Below, piece by piece: positions 1 through 11,900 of a DNA stretch of 64,000 bases. The DNA is from Francisella tularensis subsp. holarctica (GTDB taxonomy: Bacteria > Pseudomonadota > Gammaproteobacteria > Francisellales > CACEW01), in the NCBI GenBank assembly GCA_945879065.1, contig CAMCUU010000003.1:2079-66078 (forward strand). Direction: 5' to 3'. Made by a program: the position numbers and the translations under genes. The number at the start of each line of letters is the position of its first letter. Within the stretch, counting starts at the first letter, position 1. The notes below the pieces were generated by a model. The model was not told the origin of the DNA. It was given only the letters and a program-made list of their open reading frames with translations, and ran no database searches.

Positions 1-81
1 AAAAAATAGTGGTTATGAAGACCTTGTTTTTGAAAGATTACTCTTGTAAAAAGCCACATTAATTTTTAAGTTTAAAAAAAT

Positions 82-630
82 ATGTCAAAAGAAATCGATG
101 AAAATTTTTTAGTCGCAATGGCCGGAGCTGTTGCTCATATTCAAGATTATTCTGGTCAATATCAGGATCATAAAGAACGCCAACTAAAGCTAAAAATTTT
201 ATTGCTTGGCATTGTTTCTTCAGTGATTGAAATTGAAAATGTGCAGGATCCAACCTCTGCCGCCAATCTATGGTCTTTCATGGAAGTCAGTGCTAAGCAA
301 AAGGGATTAGACCATGTCACGGAGCTCTTACATTCAGAAAGATCTTATTCTGTTTCTGAGATAGAAGATCATGATGTCCCTTCAGGGATGAATTACTTAG
401 GACAAAAATTGTATTTGTCTTTATACAAACATCTTCTAGATCTTCCACAATCTCTTCAAACCTCAGAGCTCTTATTAAGAGCCGTTGAGACTTTGCTGAC
501 GAACCTTTTGCACCAGCAATTCCAGGATGAAAATCAGCATCAGCTGATCGATAGTTTTGCGGAGCATGTGCATTTGTCTTTGCGAGACCTTAAAAATCGA
601 AAAATTGTAGGGTTATATGAGCGAAATTAA
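82..630 (+). CDS. hypothetical protein (182 aa)
   Basis: Uninterrupted ORF that overlaps the next ORF by 14 nt (operon-like). No motif recognised. Confidence 0.4.
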   Translation: MSKEIDENFLVAMAGAVAHIQDYSGQYQDHKERQLKLKILLLGIVSSVIEIENVQDPTSAANLWSFMEVSAKQKGLDHVTELLHSERSYSVSEIEDHDVPSGMNYLGQKLYLSLYKHLLDLPQSLQTSELLLRAVETLLTNLLHQQFQDENQHQLIDSFAEHVHLSLRDLKNRKIVGLYERN

Positions 631-964
631 CTTTATTGATCAGGACTATGGGTATCGCGTTCAATCGGGATCTTCAGAGATCAAAAAAGTTAAAGTTACG
701 AGTTGGGGTTCTCGACCATCAGAAACCGAATTTTATGACGCAGAATATGGCTTAGATCCAAAATACTATGAAAAAATTTTTAAGAGCTGTTTTATGCTTG
801 GTGGCGGCTTTGTAGCAAAAACAAAGCAAGAAGCGATTGATTGGGGGATATTAGATTCCGCAGAGCAATTTGCTCACTGTGAGCAACAGGCACAAAAATA
901 TAAGCAAATACTCTTAGACCTCAATAACCTAAAGCAAGAATTAAATGAACTAGAGAATTATTGA
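617..964 (+). CDS. hypothetical protein (115 aa)
   Basis: ORF overlapping the upstream gene. C-terminal coiled-coil-like tail. No motif recognised. Confidence 0.4.
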   Translation: MSEINFIDQDYGYRVQSGSSEIKKVKVTSWGSRPSETEFYDAEYGLDPKYYEKIFKSCFMLGGGFVAKTKQEAIDWGILDSAEQFAHCEQQAQKYKQILLDLNNLKQELNELENY

Positions 965-1024
965 CATCACAGAGCATGCTAATGTATGCTAAAAGACACA
1001 AATTTAAGTTAAAAAGAAAAGTTA

Positions 1025-1312
1025 ATGCTTGAAAAGCGTATCGATTGGGATCCAGAAAAAAACTTAAAGCTTCAAGAGGAGCGTGGCCTTAGCTTTGAGC
1101 GCATTTATACTGCGATCGATACAGGACATCTTTTGGAAATTATTCCTCATAGTAATCCAAAATATGCACACCAAAATGTAATGGTGATTGATATTGATTC
1201 GTACATTGTACTGGTCCCATTTGTTGAATCTGAAGATCATATTTTTTTAAAAACTGCGTTCCCAAGCCGAAAAGCAACTAAAACCTATTTATCAAAAAGG
1301 GGAAAAAAATGA
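1025..1312 (+). CDS. BrnT-like (DUF497-type) toxin
   Basis: N-terminal IDWDPEKNLKLQEERGLSFERI resembles the F-WD-x-K-N-x-KHG-SF-E signature. Its stop overlaps the start of a CopG-like partner (ATGA). Confidence 0.55.
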   Translation: MLEKRIDWDPEKNLKLQEERGLSFERIYTAIDTGHLLEIIPHSNPKYAHQNVMVIDIDSYIVLVPFVESEDHIFLKTAFPSRKATKTYLSKRGKK

Positions 1313-1602
1313 AAAAGTATCAACTAGATCAAGAAGAGCAGGACATTCTAAATGCTTTTGAAGAAGGAAAGTTAGAACCAATTCCCAATAGCCAAGCGGA
1401 AGTCGCTCGTTTAACCAGCCTGTTTAAAGCGGCAGGGAACAAAACAAGTCGTGTTAGTTTACGGATGAGCGAGAATGATTATCTTCGTGCTAAGGAAGTA
1501 GCTATGCAAGAAGGGTTGCCCTATCAAACGTTGCTTTCCAGCATTTTGCATAAATATTTCACAGGACAATTTACCGAAAGAAGAAGCTCAGGGCTGAATT
1601 AG
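1309..1602 (+). CDS. BrnA/CopG-like ribbon-helix-helix antitoxin
   Basis: RVSLRMSENDYLRAKEVAMQEGLPYQTLLSSILHKY matches the BrnA-type C-terminal RHH motif. 4-nt overlap with the toxin gene. Confidence 0.6.
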   Translation: MKKYQLDQEEQDILNAFEEGKLEPIPNSQAEVARLTSLFKAAGNKTSRVSLRMSENDYLRAKEVAMQEGLPYQTLLSSILHKYFTGQFTERRSSGLN

Positions 1603-1695
1603 AGATACCCAGCATATTTGTGTTGGAATTTATGGTAATGCATTTATTAATTTAACATAACACACATTATCTGATTTAGTATTTATATATAAAAA

Positions 1696-2010
1696 TCAAT
1701 CGTATGCGCTGTCATGATCCGGACATAAATCAAGCAATACAATGTATTGATCCGCTCTATAAGCGATGCCCCTATATTTTTTAGAGAACCTAAATGAATA
1801 AAGTGCCGAACCCATTTTTGTTTTCCGTGATGTAATCAACTCCCATCGGATGCCTTTGTCTAAATAAAGTGAATCCCAAGTCAGTTTTTTCATCTTACGT
1901 AACGTATTGAGCAAAGCACGCTGTTCTATTTTCTCTAAAGAAAAAAGTTGATCTTGAAAATCAGGGATATTCATATCAATCAAAATTGTAGATGGGTCCT
2001 TACTTGCCAT
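1696..2010 (-). CDS. RelE/ParE-superfamily toxin (104 aa)
   Basis: C-terminal YSFRFSKKYRGIAYRADQYIVLLDLCPDHDSAY resembles the RelE/ParE core. 11-nt overlap with the upstream small AbrB-like gene. Confidence 0.5.
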   Translation of the reverse strand: MASKDPSTILIDMNIPDFQDQLFSLEKIEQRALLNTLRKMKKLTWDSLYLDKGIRWELITSRKTKMGSALYSFRFSKKYRGIAYRADQYIVLLDLCPDHDSAYD

Positions 2011-2278
2011 TTTTTTCTATGCGCTCTGCAATTTCATCAAAGTTATCACGACGAGGATGACTTTCAGCCCAATCAAGAGCCTTTTCAAGTCTCTTCAGAT
2101 TCGCTTCTGTATGAAGCCAGCGCTCATTATCCGGAATGAACTGCCCAGGCTGTATTAATAAAGAACCATCAGACATCTTAGAGATTTGCACTTGCTTACC
2201 TGCAAACTCTTTCCCAAGAGAAATTTGACCATTTAGGCCGACTTGTTTAATGGCTTGAAAATTTGGACTTGCTGACAT
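2000..2278 (-). CDS. AbrB/MazE/SpoVT-type antitoxin (92 aa)
   Basis: GQISLGKEFAGKQVQISKMSDGSLLIQP looks like a swapped-hairpin AbrB-type motif. Sits upstream of, and overlaps, the toxin gene. Confidence 0.5.
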   Translation of the reverse strand: MSASPNFQAIKQVGLNGQISLGKEFAGKQVQISKMSDGSLLIQPGQFIPDNERWLHTEANLKRLEKALDWAESHPRRDNFDEIAERIEKNGK

Positions 2279-2379
2279 AAGACACCTGCTCTTATTAATT
2301 CCTAATTTAGGATAATAGGATTTTACAATAACTAATTAAAAATGCAATTTTTTTATCTAAAGCCATTCAATTTTCTCTT

Positions 2380-2910
2380 TTAACCCTCAATCAAAACCCA
2401 ATCACCTTGCACCGCCTGCTCACACTCACCTTCCATGATTTTAAATAACATTCCATACGGCACGCGATAATTTTTAGAATCTCTAGTTGTTAAACTCACC
2501 GTCTTAAAATTTAATTTACTAACTACACCCGAGTAATTTTTACCCTCATAGTCAAAGCCCACTAAGTCCCCAACTTTTAGATTATTTTTGCTTAATTTTT
2601 CTCGACCCTGAGACTTAATATCACTGTCTTTGCCAGAAAGATTAATCATGCAATAAGGCAGACTCCAAGTCCCATTATCTACGACATCTTTAATTACAGC
2701 CTTCTTTAAGTTTTTCTCTAAAACCAGGCCTTGCGATAGCGAATTAGTCCTGCCATTGAAATAAGAAACCATATCCCCGACGGCAAAAGAATGTCGAGCC
2801 TGATGAATTTTCTCTGGGTCTTCCATCTGATTTTTTAAAGCGACTTGCAACCGATAAAGATCATACAAACTCGCGTTTTTTAATAGGCCCATGACTTGTG
2901 TGAAGTCCAT
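2380..2910 (-). CDS. hypothetical protein with two VGD-x-V SH3/KOW-like modules (176 aa)
   Basis: Internal duplication (FAVGDMVSYF... and LKVGDLVGFDYEGKNYSGVV...). The same module occurs in the ORF at 44412-44714. Confidence 0.4.
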   Translation of the reverse strand: MDFTQVMGLLKNASLYDLYRLQVALKNQMEDPEKIHQARHSFAVGDMVSYFNGRTNSLSQGLVLEKNLKKAVIKDVVDNGTWSLPYCMINLSGKDSDIKSQGREKLSKNNLKVGDLVGFDYEGKNYSGVVSKLNFKTVSLTTRDSKNYRVPYGMLFKIMEGECEQAVQGDWVLIEG

Positions 2911-2995
2911 TTGAAACTATCCCTCAATATTTTTAATAAAAAAATCAGTGCGCATGCTACACAAAGTCAAAGCAATTTTTTTACATTTTTTTCTA

Positions 2996-5962
2996 TCAAG
3001 CAAACAAATCAAACCCTACTGACCCCAAGACGCTCTCTTCTTTTTCAGCTTTCTCCCAGATCCCACCGGCAAAACAATAAGCGCCTCTTTGGTAATGGCT
3101 TTTAATTTCCCGTTTCCACTGACGCTGTGCTTCACTTTTAATGTGCATTGAGTCTTCTATGAAATAGTCTCTAGGTAAGTTCATCACCTCCGCCAAGATC
3201 ATAGAAAAACGCAGTTCAGGCCGGGTGTACTCTTTAAACATGTCACCATATAACCCGAATAGTTCATCAAAAAGAACCCCTTGATAAGCCTCTTTAAACA
3301 AGCCCTCTTTTTTCATAGCCAGTCGTTTCAATTGATTTTGAAGATCAGAGACTGCCGTAAAAATATCGGCCCAAGATTCTTGGATATGGGCTAGACACGT
3401 TTTTTTAAGGGCCTTTAAAAAAGAAAGCCAATCCGTCTCTATTTTAATTTCCGCCGTCCTATTTTTCTCTTGAATCTGAATCAAACTTCTCGCCCAAGAG
3501 ACAAAATAAAGGTAATGATGATTGCTGGTCGTCATGACCGACCCGCTTAAATCTTTCAGAACAAGCGCTTCACATCGCGCCGCCAATTTTTCAAGATCAA
3601 TGGCATCAAAAGCTAAATAAACTCTTTTTAAAAAAACTTCAAAACGCTTAAACCCTTCATACATCGCCGCATCTTGAATGGATTTGATTTGACGAGAGCG
3701 AGACGCTAATGCTGTGTGAGATTGTCTTAATGTTTTTAAAATTTGAAACCAATTTGGCTCTTTAGCTAAGAGCGCTCTTTCGGTCTCCTCTGGAATCAGT
3801 CTTTGAATCAGACGATCTTCCATAGATAAAACAGAAATAACTTCACCTGGATTACCCTGTCTTGCCACTCGACCATCTGCCTGCTGCCCAACACGCTCAT
3901 GGTTTTCAAAAAAAGTTTTAATGACTTTATATAAACCACGAATATCTGCCCCCCGTGTCGCAATATTGGTCGCGATGGTAATCGTTCTAGGTAATCCCGC
4001 TCTCCCAATAATCACCTCTTTGGGCTCGTCTTGATCGTCATTCAGCAATTGATGAATCAGACTCTTCGATTTTAAAAACGCAGAAAATTGTTGTGTGGCT
4101 TCAATGCTTAAAAACAAAACTAAAACAGCCTGTCCGAGCCCTAAAGCTTTATTAATTTCTAATAAAATTTCTGAATAATGCGCCTCTTTAGTCATGCATA
4201 GCCTTGGCTCCAGGGTGGTTCTAAGACAGGGTTGATGAGTTGGAATATCAAAGCAGTCCACCCCATAAATTTCTCGTATTTCATCTCGTTCAATAGACGT
4301 TCCCAGCGTTCCACTCACGCCAAATAGCACAGAGGCAAAATTTTTGATCAGCGCCAAATTCGACATCGAAGCCATGGTCATGGTATGGCATGTGGGCTCT
4401 AGACCTTCTTTGACCTCTGCAAACATATGGGTGAATCCATTCCAACGAGAGTGGGTTTGACGCGCCCCCGTGTCTTCGAAATCCATGATTTCAACTTTAG
4501 GCCCGGAGGTATATTTCTTAGCGACATAATGCGTTCCCCTGGTCTTTTCAAAACAGACATCTTTGGCTTGTTTTAAATAAACATGCATCAGTACATCATT
4601 TTTAAGCTTGCCGGCTGTTTCGGCATAAGCGCCGTCTTCAGCTTCTGCTAATTCCTGTTTTATTTTGAGAAAAACTTTCTTCCAACCCTCATCACTACTA
4701 ATGGCTTTTTCATACTCTTCTGCTGAGGCATATTGACTCATGAATTTGTACAGGGGTTTCACCATCCAAGTCCTTTGCTCAAAAGGTGTATGGGCAATTC
4801 GAGCCGCGGACCCTGCTGCGTCAATCAATAGATTGTCGACTTCATCAATAAAAATAACGCGTGGCTCTCTAGGCATTTGTTGTTTCTTGGGATGCTTCAG
4901 TGCGTCCCCCATCAAGATAAAACAAAACTCTGAAGTCGTTCCATAAAGAATGTCCTGGTCATAGTGTTTAACCAGATGCCGGTTATTACACACATGAAAA
5001 CTAGTCACACCCAAACTGTCATGAAAATCTTTAAATTCTTCGTAATCTCGCACGGTTAAATACTCAGAAGAAGTAATCATATTGATTTTAAGCCCACAGC
5101 ACGCAATCAGCGCTGCAAATAAATTACTGGTTAAAGACTTTCCCTCCCCCGTTTTAATTTCCAGCAGCCGACCTTCTGGATTTTTTAAGAGGGCAAAAAT
5201 CGCAAAGACCTGCTCGATATAGGGAAATTTTCCGAGCTTCAATTTCCCAAGACAGGCAATCAGCGCCAGTAATTCGCAGTGCTCTGGATTGAGCCCACAG
5301 GGAAGCTGAGTATTTTTTTTAAATTTGTCTCGAAGACGTGAAATTCCTATTTGTAAAACAGATAAAGGGCTGTGGGAATAAATATCTGCATAGTGTTTAA
5401 AAATCTCATATTCCTTGGCGATTTCTATGAGATCTTCTTCTGGAAGAGGAAATTTTAAAAGCTCTGTGGGTGTCAAAAAAGACCCCATTGCACGCTCAAT
5501 TTCTTCTGATTTCGTCTCTCCCCCTGCGGGAGAGACAGCCGAAGATGGCAGAGCCATCGGAGGCAGAGAGGGGGGGATTTCAAAATCAAATCTCCCTGCT
5601 TCAGCCTCCATCGCCCATCTTTCTGCAATACCAATAAACCCAGAAATAGTTTTAATTAATTTTAAATTTTCCAGATCAAATAATTTTAAAAAACAGTCCA
5701 TGCCGGCTTTAAGTTTTAATTCACAGGCTGACTGAATAAATTTCTCAGGTTGATGATTTAAATCCTCATGGACAGGATCAGGATCTTTGATTTTTAAAAA
5801 AACACACTCAGCATAAATTTTGGCCATCTGAATCTTTTCAGGATTGCTTAAAATTTTTAATCGAACTTGTTCTAGTTTTTCAAAAAAAATTTCTAACAAA
5901 TCTTGGCTGGTTCTATCTAAGCTTTGCGCTTTTTTTAATACTTCTTTTTTAAACTCACGCAT
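2996..5962 (-). CDS. SecA-like DEAD-motor ATPase, highly divergent, with unique N- and C-terminal regions
   Basis: Motifs: KTGEGKS (Walker A), VIFIDEVDNLLIDAA (SecA FAIVDEVDSILIDEA), GVSGTLGT (GMTGTA), TIATNIATRGADI (TIATNMAGRGTDI), DGRVARQGNPGE (RGRSGRQGDPG). The ATG at 5962 has AGGAG 9 nt upstream and overlaps the giant-gene stop (ATGCGTGA). The ORF track starts at a TTG at 5968. Confidence 0.8.
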   Translation of the reverse strand: MREFKKEVLKKAQSLDRTSQDLLEIFFEKLEQVRLKILSNPEKIQMAKIYAECVFLKIKDPDPVHEDLNHQPEKFIQSACELKLKAGMDCFLKLFDLENLKLIKTISGFIGIAERWAMEAEAGRFDFEIPPSLPPMALPSSAVSPAGGETKSEEIERAMGSFLTPTELLKFPLPEEDLIEIAKEYEIFKHYADIYSHSPLSVLQIGISRLRDKFKKNTQLPCGLNPEHCELLALIACLGKLKLGKFPYIEQVFAIFALLKNPEGRLLEIKTGEGKSLTSNLFAALIACCGLKINMITSSEYLTVRDYEEFKDFHDSLGVTSFHVCNNRHLVKHYDQDILYGTTSEFCFILMGDALKHPKKQQMPREPRVIFIDEVDNLLIDAAGSAARIAHTPFEQRTWMVKPLYKFMSQYASAEEYEKAISSDEGWKKVFLKIKQELAEAEDGAYAETAGKLKNDVLMHVYLKQAKDVCFEKTRGTHYVAKKYTSGPKVEIMDFEDTGARQTHSRWNGFTHMFAEVKEGLEPTCHTMTMASMSNLALIKNFASVLFGVSGTLGTSIERDEIREIYGVDCFDIPTHQPCLRTTLEPRLCMTKEAHYSEILLEINKALGLGQAVLVLFLSIEATQQFSAFLKSKSLIHQLLNDDQDEPKEVIIGRAGLPRTITIATNIATRGADIRGLYKVIKTFFENHERVGQQADGRVARQGNPGEVISVLSMEDRLIQRLIPEETERALLAKEPNWFQILKTLRQSHTALASRSRQIKSIQDAAMYEGFKRFEVFLKRVYLAFDAIDLEKLAARCEALVLKDLSGSVMTTSNHHYLYFVSWARSLIQIQEKNRTAEIKIETDWLSFLKALKKTCLAHIQESWADIFTAVSDLQNQLKRLAMKKEGLFKEAYQGVLFDELFGLYGDMFKEYTRPELRFSMILAEVMNLPRDYFIEDSMHIKSEAQRQWKREIKSHYQRGAYCFAGGIWEKAEKEESVLGSVGFDLFA
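5512..5576 (+). repeat. palindromic in-frame element, type A, copy 1 (inside the SecA-like gene)
   Basis: Sequence tcgtctctccccctgcgggagagac...ggcagagaggggggg. Translated as PSLPPMALPSSAVSPAGGETKS. Confidence 0.85.
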
Positions 5963-8900
5963 GCTCAAACACTCCTGAAATCTCTCCGCCTTTTTTCTTC
6001 GCCAGTCTTTTCGGTGTCATCATCTGGCTATTTTGAGTTTCTGGATTGGCGCCCAGGCTTAATAATTTTTTGGCTAAAAAGACGGATCCTGTTTTAACCG
6101 CTTTATGCAGCGGCGTATTCCCTCGTTTATTTTGCCGATCTATTTCAACGCCCATGTCACACAACAATCTAAAAGATAAGAGCGCCTGATATTTGACTGA
6201 AAAGTGCATCGCTGTATTGCCTTTAGAATCTATCGCCTCTCGATCAATCCCCGCTCCTAATAATAAATTTACCGCCTGATCAGCTTGATTGATGACGGCA
6301 AGATGCAAGGCACTGCGCGACTGTTTTTTATCTCTGGCATCCACAGGGAAATTGATTAATAAGAGCTCTCGCAAGACATCTAAATTATTTCCCATGGCCG
6401 CTGCGAACCAAATTTTTATTTTAATTTTTATAGTGGTTGCCACATCCAATCCACAGACTAATTGAGCCAGCTGAGGTACTTCGCTGGACATCACCGCTCT
6501 TTCTAAAGCTGTTGTTTTAAATGCATCTTTTTTAAGAACATGGGCCCCTAGATTTAATAACAATACGAATGCCTCGTACTTGCCAGCAATTGCGGCGATA
6601 TGCAGCGGAGTGAACAAGAATTTTCTTCGAACAGCATCCACTTCAAATCCATTCGAGACTAATTCAGGCATCACGGTCGTTGAGCCTGAAGCTGCAGCCA
6701 GGTGCATGGCCGTATTTCCCTCTTTATCCACGCGATGCGATTCATCTCCAGGATTTAATAATCTAAGCAAGGGCAGGCAATCACTAGCAGCGGCAAGCAT
6801 CAGCGGCGAATGCCCCAGCCTATTTTTGACTCGAAGCGCGATGTCACTCATGTGGATATATAGCTCCAGCGCCAGCGCTTGATGCTTATTGATCAAGGCA
6901 TAATGCAAGGCTGTATTGCCAAAAATATCTTGATGATTAGGACTACCTCCACTTGAAATTAATAATTTAACCAGTGGCAAGCTCCCCATTTCTGCTGCAA
7001 GTATTAAGGGCGTTTTTTGCTGGAAATCTTTACTTAATGGCACACCTGCACTTAAGAAAAATTTGACTAGATCCACAGACCCTGAGATTACGGCGACATG
7101 CAGCCAAGACGAGCCATCTGAAAAATTTTGATTTTTAAGATCAGAATATTCATAAGCCAGTTTTAAAAACCACGCATGATGCAAGGCGCTCGCAAGATCC
7201 AAAGCACTAGGCCCACCGAGTTTGCTGATAAAATTATAAGCATCTAAAACACCCCCGCGTGGAAAAATGCGCTGTAGTAATAAATTAAACCAAACGGTCA
7301 CTTTTTTCTGATCTCCAGACATCGCCATATGATGAAAAATAGTGAGCCCCTGATCATCTTTCTCGAGCCGGAGATAGGGATTTATTTTTAAGCTGGAAAT
7401 CACCTCTCGATCATCTGCTTTAAAAGCCGTCGCAAGGGCAATCCCCAGTTCGGTTGGAGCCTTCAATGAATTCAATCTTATTTCATGTTTTTCTATCGCC
7501 CCGAGTGTTATCAGCCATTTAACTTGTTCTTGATTGCCAGATTCAAAAGCCGCTTTTAATCCATCACTTAAAGCAATATCCCCCAGAGCGCATCCAGTTT
7601 GATTAGTAGATAGAATTTGCTGTCTTAATTTTTCGACAGGGATTGCTTTTAAAATGTCATAGCCTGCTGATCTCCCAACGCGATCCGCTTCTAAGATATC
7701 TTTTAAAATTTCAAACCAGCCATGTTCGATCCAATCTTGAATAGAAGTAATTTTAAATAACGCTTCTAGCCCAGCCTTATCATTATTCTTCAGCAAGATT
7801 CGATAGGCGTTATTGTCATAACTCCAATTAGGTGAATTTTCTTGATGCTCATACAGATTCACGCCCTGCTCTTGAAAATATTTAAACAAATGGTGATGCC
7901 CATACTGCGCGGCGATATGAGTGGCTTTGTTATATTTTATGAGCTTATGAGTTGCTGAATAACTCACCTCGCCGGCTTCCTGAAGCCGTTCGCTTAAGAC
8001 ATTCGGTGAATGCTGGACGATCAGATCAATCACTGATTTCCGACCATTGATCACTGCCGCTAAGAAAGGATGAAGAATATGCTGACGTCCACCGCCCTCT
8101 CCAGGTAAATAGGCCAATTCATTGGGCTTTAAATATTTCAGCACTTCTCGAATGCAGGCTTTACTGCCATAAAACGCTGCCCAGCTGAGAGTGGTTTTCA
8201 TTTGCTTTGTAAACTCTTGACCTGACCACTTGGGTTTAAATTCAGCGATGTATTTTCTGAGCCACGCAAGATCATCGGCTCGGATTCGCAAAGTTTTAAG
8301 TCTCTGAGCATCTGTCATTTGATCTTGATGTCGTCTCTCCCCTTGTGGGAGAGACGGGCCCGAAGATGAAATCGAGGGACAAAAATGGGGCTGAACCCAA
8401 GCAGCGCCTTTTTTCTCCAGCATATAAACCAATGCCAAATGCCCATGAGATAAAGCAATCGCCAAGCTCGAAGATCCATTAAATTCCAGATGGGGCAACA
8501 GCCCCAGTTTCTTAGCTAAAGCTTGATAACGCTGCAGCTCCCCATGCGCTAATAAATAATAAATATAAGAGCGCCCGTCTTGTCCTAACTTAAGCGGCGA
8601 AACACCTCGAGCAATTAAAAGATCAGCGACAGACCAGAGTCTTAATTTCGCAGCCAATAAAAGCGCTGAGTCAGCTTTGGATTCATGAGCACCTCTTATA
8701 GAAATTTCCGCGGCGAGAAATTCAGCCATCTCCAGGTGGACTTGTTTCAGGGCCATTAAAATCGGTGTTTCTTGATCCAAAGTTTCCAGATCAACATTGG
8801 CACCCCAGTCATCTACTAATAATTTAACCGTCTCTAAATACCCTGCTTGAACAGCCAAATGCATGGCTGTTTTTCCAGACTCTAGAGCCTGGTCAACATC

Positions 8901-11900
8901 AATAGAATTATCAGAACGGCTGAGCATGGCTTGGCACACGTCTGTTAAGCCTCGTTCAACGGCCAAGTGAAATGCCGTCGCACCATCGGATTTTCTTTTG
9001 AGTGTTAAATTCGCACCGGCCTGAATTAAAGCCTCCGCGACTTCTTGAAGTTCCAGCATCACCGCTAAATGCACGACCGACATGCCTGTATCTAAAACTA
9101 GATCTAAATTAATTCGCCCAGCGCCTTTTTGAATTAAATCCAAAGCGGTCTGGACATGAGATTCTTGAATGGCGATATACAACGGAAATAGCCCATTGGG
9201 TAAACAAGCATTGAGATCTTCCCCCGCACTGATTAAGCCGTCTATATATTTTAAATTCGCTTCAGAATCTCCGGCTTCTGCGGCTGTGATTAAGGGTGAT
9301 TTTGGTAATTTATACCCCTCTCTGCCCAACAGGCCTGCGGCCAGTCGGTCTGTCTCTCCCGCAAGGGGAGAGACGAAATCATGAAGGAGAACCCCTGGAA
9401 ATAATTTCAAATAATCCATGGGACTTAAGGCCATCTTCGGCAAAATCCCCATTGAAAATACAGTGTAAGACTGGCCTTGATACTCAGCCGACCTTAAAAA
9501 ATCCCGACCTAAATTCACCAGCTTTAAATCATGCGCGGGTAAGCTGACTGAGCACCCACCCACGACTTTGGCATGAGAAGGGCAGGCGTCGAAATATTCT
9601 TGATCCCCAATCTCAAGCGTTGACGCAATGTAAGAAAATTTAATTTTTGATCCTTCAAGCGCTGCTCTTTCCAGTGATTGTATCGGCGTTGGAAGTTCCA
9701 GACGCATCTCTGCTAACAGCGCAAGACGCTCGTCTCTTATTCTCGAACGCTCACCTTTAAAATCTAATCGCAAGGCGGCAATGATCTTTTCGCCATTTGC
9801 TAAAATTTCAGCACGAACAGAGGCTTTATCAACTTCTATTTGCGCTTTAAACGCTCGAATATTTTCTTGATTAAGATCTAAAAGATGCGCAGGAATTTTT
9901 GTTAATTGAGCCTTAGATTCTGCTTCTATTTCTTTTAATTCTTTCGCAATTTTTTCCTGAGCTAATCTATTAATTTCTCGAATGCTTTCAGCCAAGGGCC
10001 CACGAGTTTCTCGCGTAGATTGAGGAAACTCTTGTGTCTCTTCTAAAAACTTCGCTCTCACGCCAGCCTCTAATTGATTGAATAAATCAGAGACTTTAGG
10101 CCGCTTGCTAAAATCAGAAGCCAAACTAGAGAGCCCCCACTTACTTCGCATTTTTTCAAACGCGCTCATCATCGACTCTCGACGCTTCTCACACACAGCC
10201 TCTAACAATTCTTTGAAATCTTGTATCGCCGATTTTTGATGGGCTTCAAAAATTTCTGGGTCTTCTGATCTTAAAGATTCCCCCACTTTATTTAATAAAA
10301 TCTGAGTCATCACTTTTTCTAAAGCCAGACTTAAAAGCCTATTTGAACCAACATTAATCTCTAATGTATGACTAGGATCTTCGAATCTTTTAATAAAAAA
10401 GTTATTTAAATAACTTAATTCTAGAGGGCTTAGACCAGAAAAAAATTCAGCCAAATTAATTTCAACCGGGATTTTTTTATAAGCCCTGACAGGGATATGT
10501 GGAAATATTTCAGGGATCCCAACTTGAGTTCTTGCACTCTCTGGCAAGCTGGGAAGCTTAGGAATAAAACCGCTTTGTTTCAGGGTATTAAATAAATAAG
10601 AATAAAAGCTAATCAGCCCTAATAATTCAAAATATTTTTTAAATAAGGGGATCTGGGGCATCTGCGTTTTAATCCGCTCTGCCATACGCACATAGAGTTT
10701 TTTTACTTTTTCATAGTCTTCAGGATACTCGCCATGTTCGGCCTTATATTTTTCAAGATAAGCCTTGTAATCCGGCATTAAATCTATGGTGTACTCGACG
10801 TCGAAATACGGCTTAATTAAAAAAGTTCGAGTCTTGGGATCAAATAGAAAACTCTCTTCTTGCTTGGCAATAATTCTAAAACTGGTCATGTATTTCATGC
10901 CGCCATAGGGCGAAGTATCTGACCCAGAGGCCCGTTCCCCCAGCTCTTCTAAACCCATCTCCATGCTTAATTCGCGCAAAGATTTATAGGTAAAACCTAA
11001 ACCCTGCTCACGGCAGTATTTTTTCAAATCTATTAAGTTAGCTTTTAAATAATCAGGATCTGAATTTTGATCTCTGGGCCAAGCGTCTAAAAATTCTTCG
11101 CTATATACAGCTCCATTGAGAAAGCCTTTCATCATGACATCAGATAAAGCCGCGACTCTTCCCGCTAAGTTATTAAAAGCTGGATGGTGAACGGGGTACA
11201 TATTGGACTGCTTATTAAAATGCAAAGAGAAAAATACGAAAGTTTCTTGCACCAAGGCGGCATAGGCGACCTCGTGCTGAATTTGCAAATTTTCTGCTGG
11301 CGTAAAACTTAAGTGTCCCGGTTTTAAAGAGACCGCAAAATTAAAATCTTTGATTTCACCGCGATCTAATAAATCTTTTAACCCTTCAATCACACCGACT
11401 TTAGTGGCTACCCCACCGATATCCCCTCTTAAGCCACCGAGTCTCGGGATATTACTCCAGGGTGCCGCATGAGAGGCTTCATAGGAAGAGACTAAACCGG
11501 TTGATCTTAATAAGTTCACAAAGTCTCGAAAATCTCCGCCACCGCTCCAGCCATGGCTACGACATTGTGAAGCAAATGTCGCATAGGCATCCCCAAAACT
11601 GCCTCGATAAAAAGCCTGGTTCTCATAGGCTGCTTTTGCAAGATTTCGCAGCTCTTGATCAAAAGGCCGACGTGAACGTCTGTTTAAAATAGACCCTGCG
11701 CTAGGGCCGAAACTAGCGCCTGGCGCTTGGAACCAAGAGGGCTGACCGGAATAGTAACTGGACTGACTTAAAGACCCATAAATATTGGCAGGGCTTAAAT
11801 ACGAGACGGAACTTTTACTAGCCTCAAATCTAAATTGATTCTGCTGACGCCAGGTATCTATGGGGCTTACAAATCGACTTTGCTGTTGCTGTTGCGCCCA

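Noticed and set aside
59-253. Minus-strand 64-aa ORF overlapping the 82-630 ORF.
   Set aside because: It is almost entirely contained in a longer plus-strand ORF that forms an operon with the next gene. It has no RBS and a low-complexity translation.
6410-6440. AT-rich run encoding KIKIKIKIW inside the ankyrin region, as a possible slippage-prone simple repeat.
   Set aside because: It is only a short imperfect (att ttt a)-type repeat within an intact frame, with no evidence of length variation from a single sequence.
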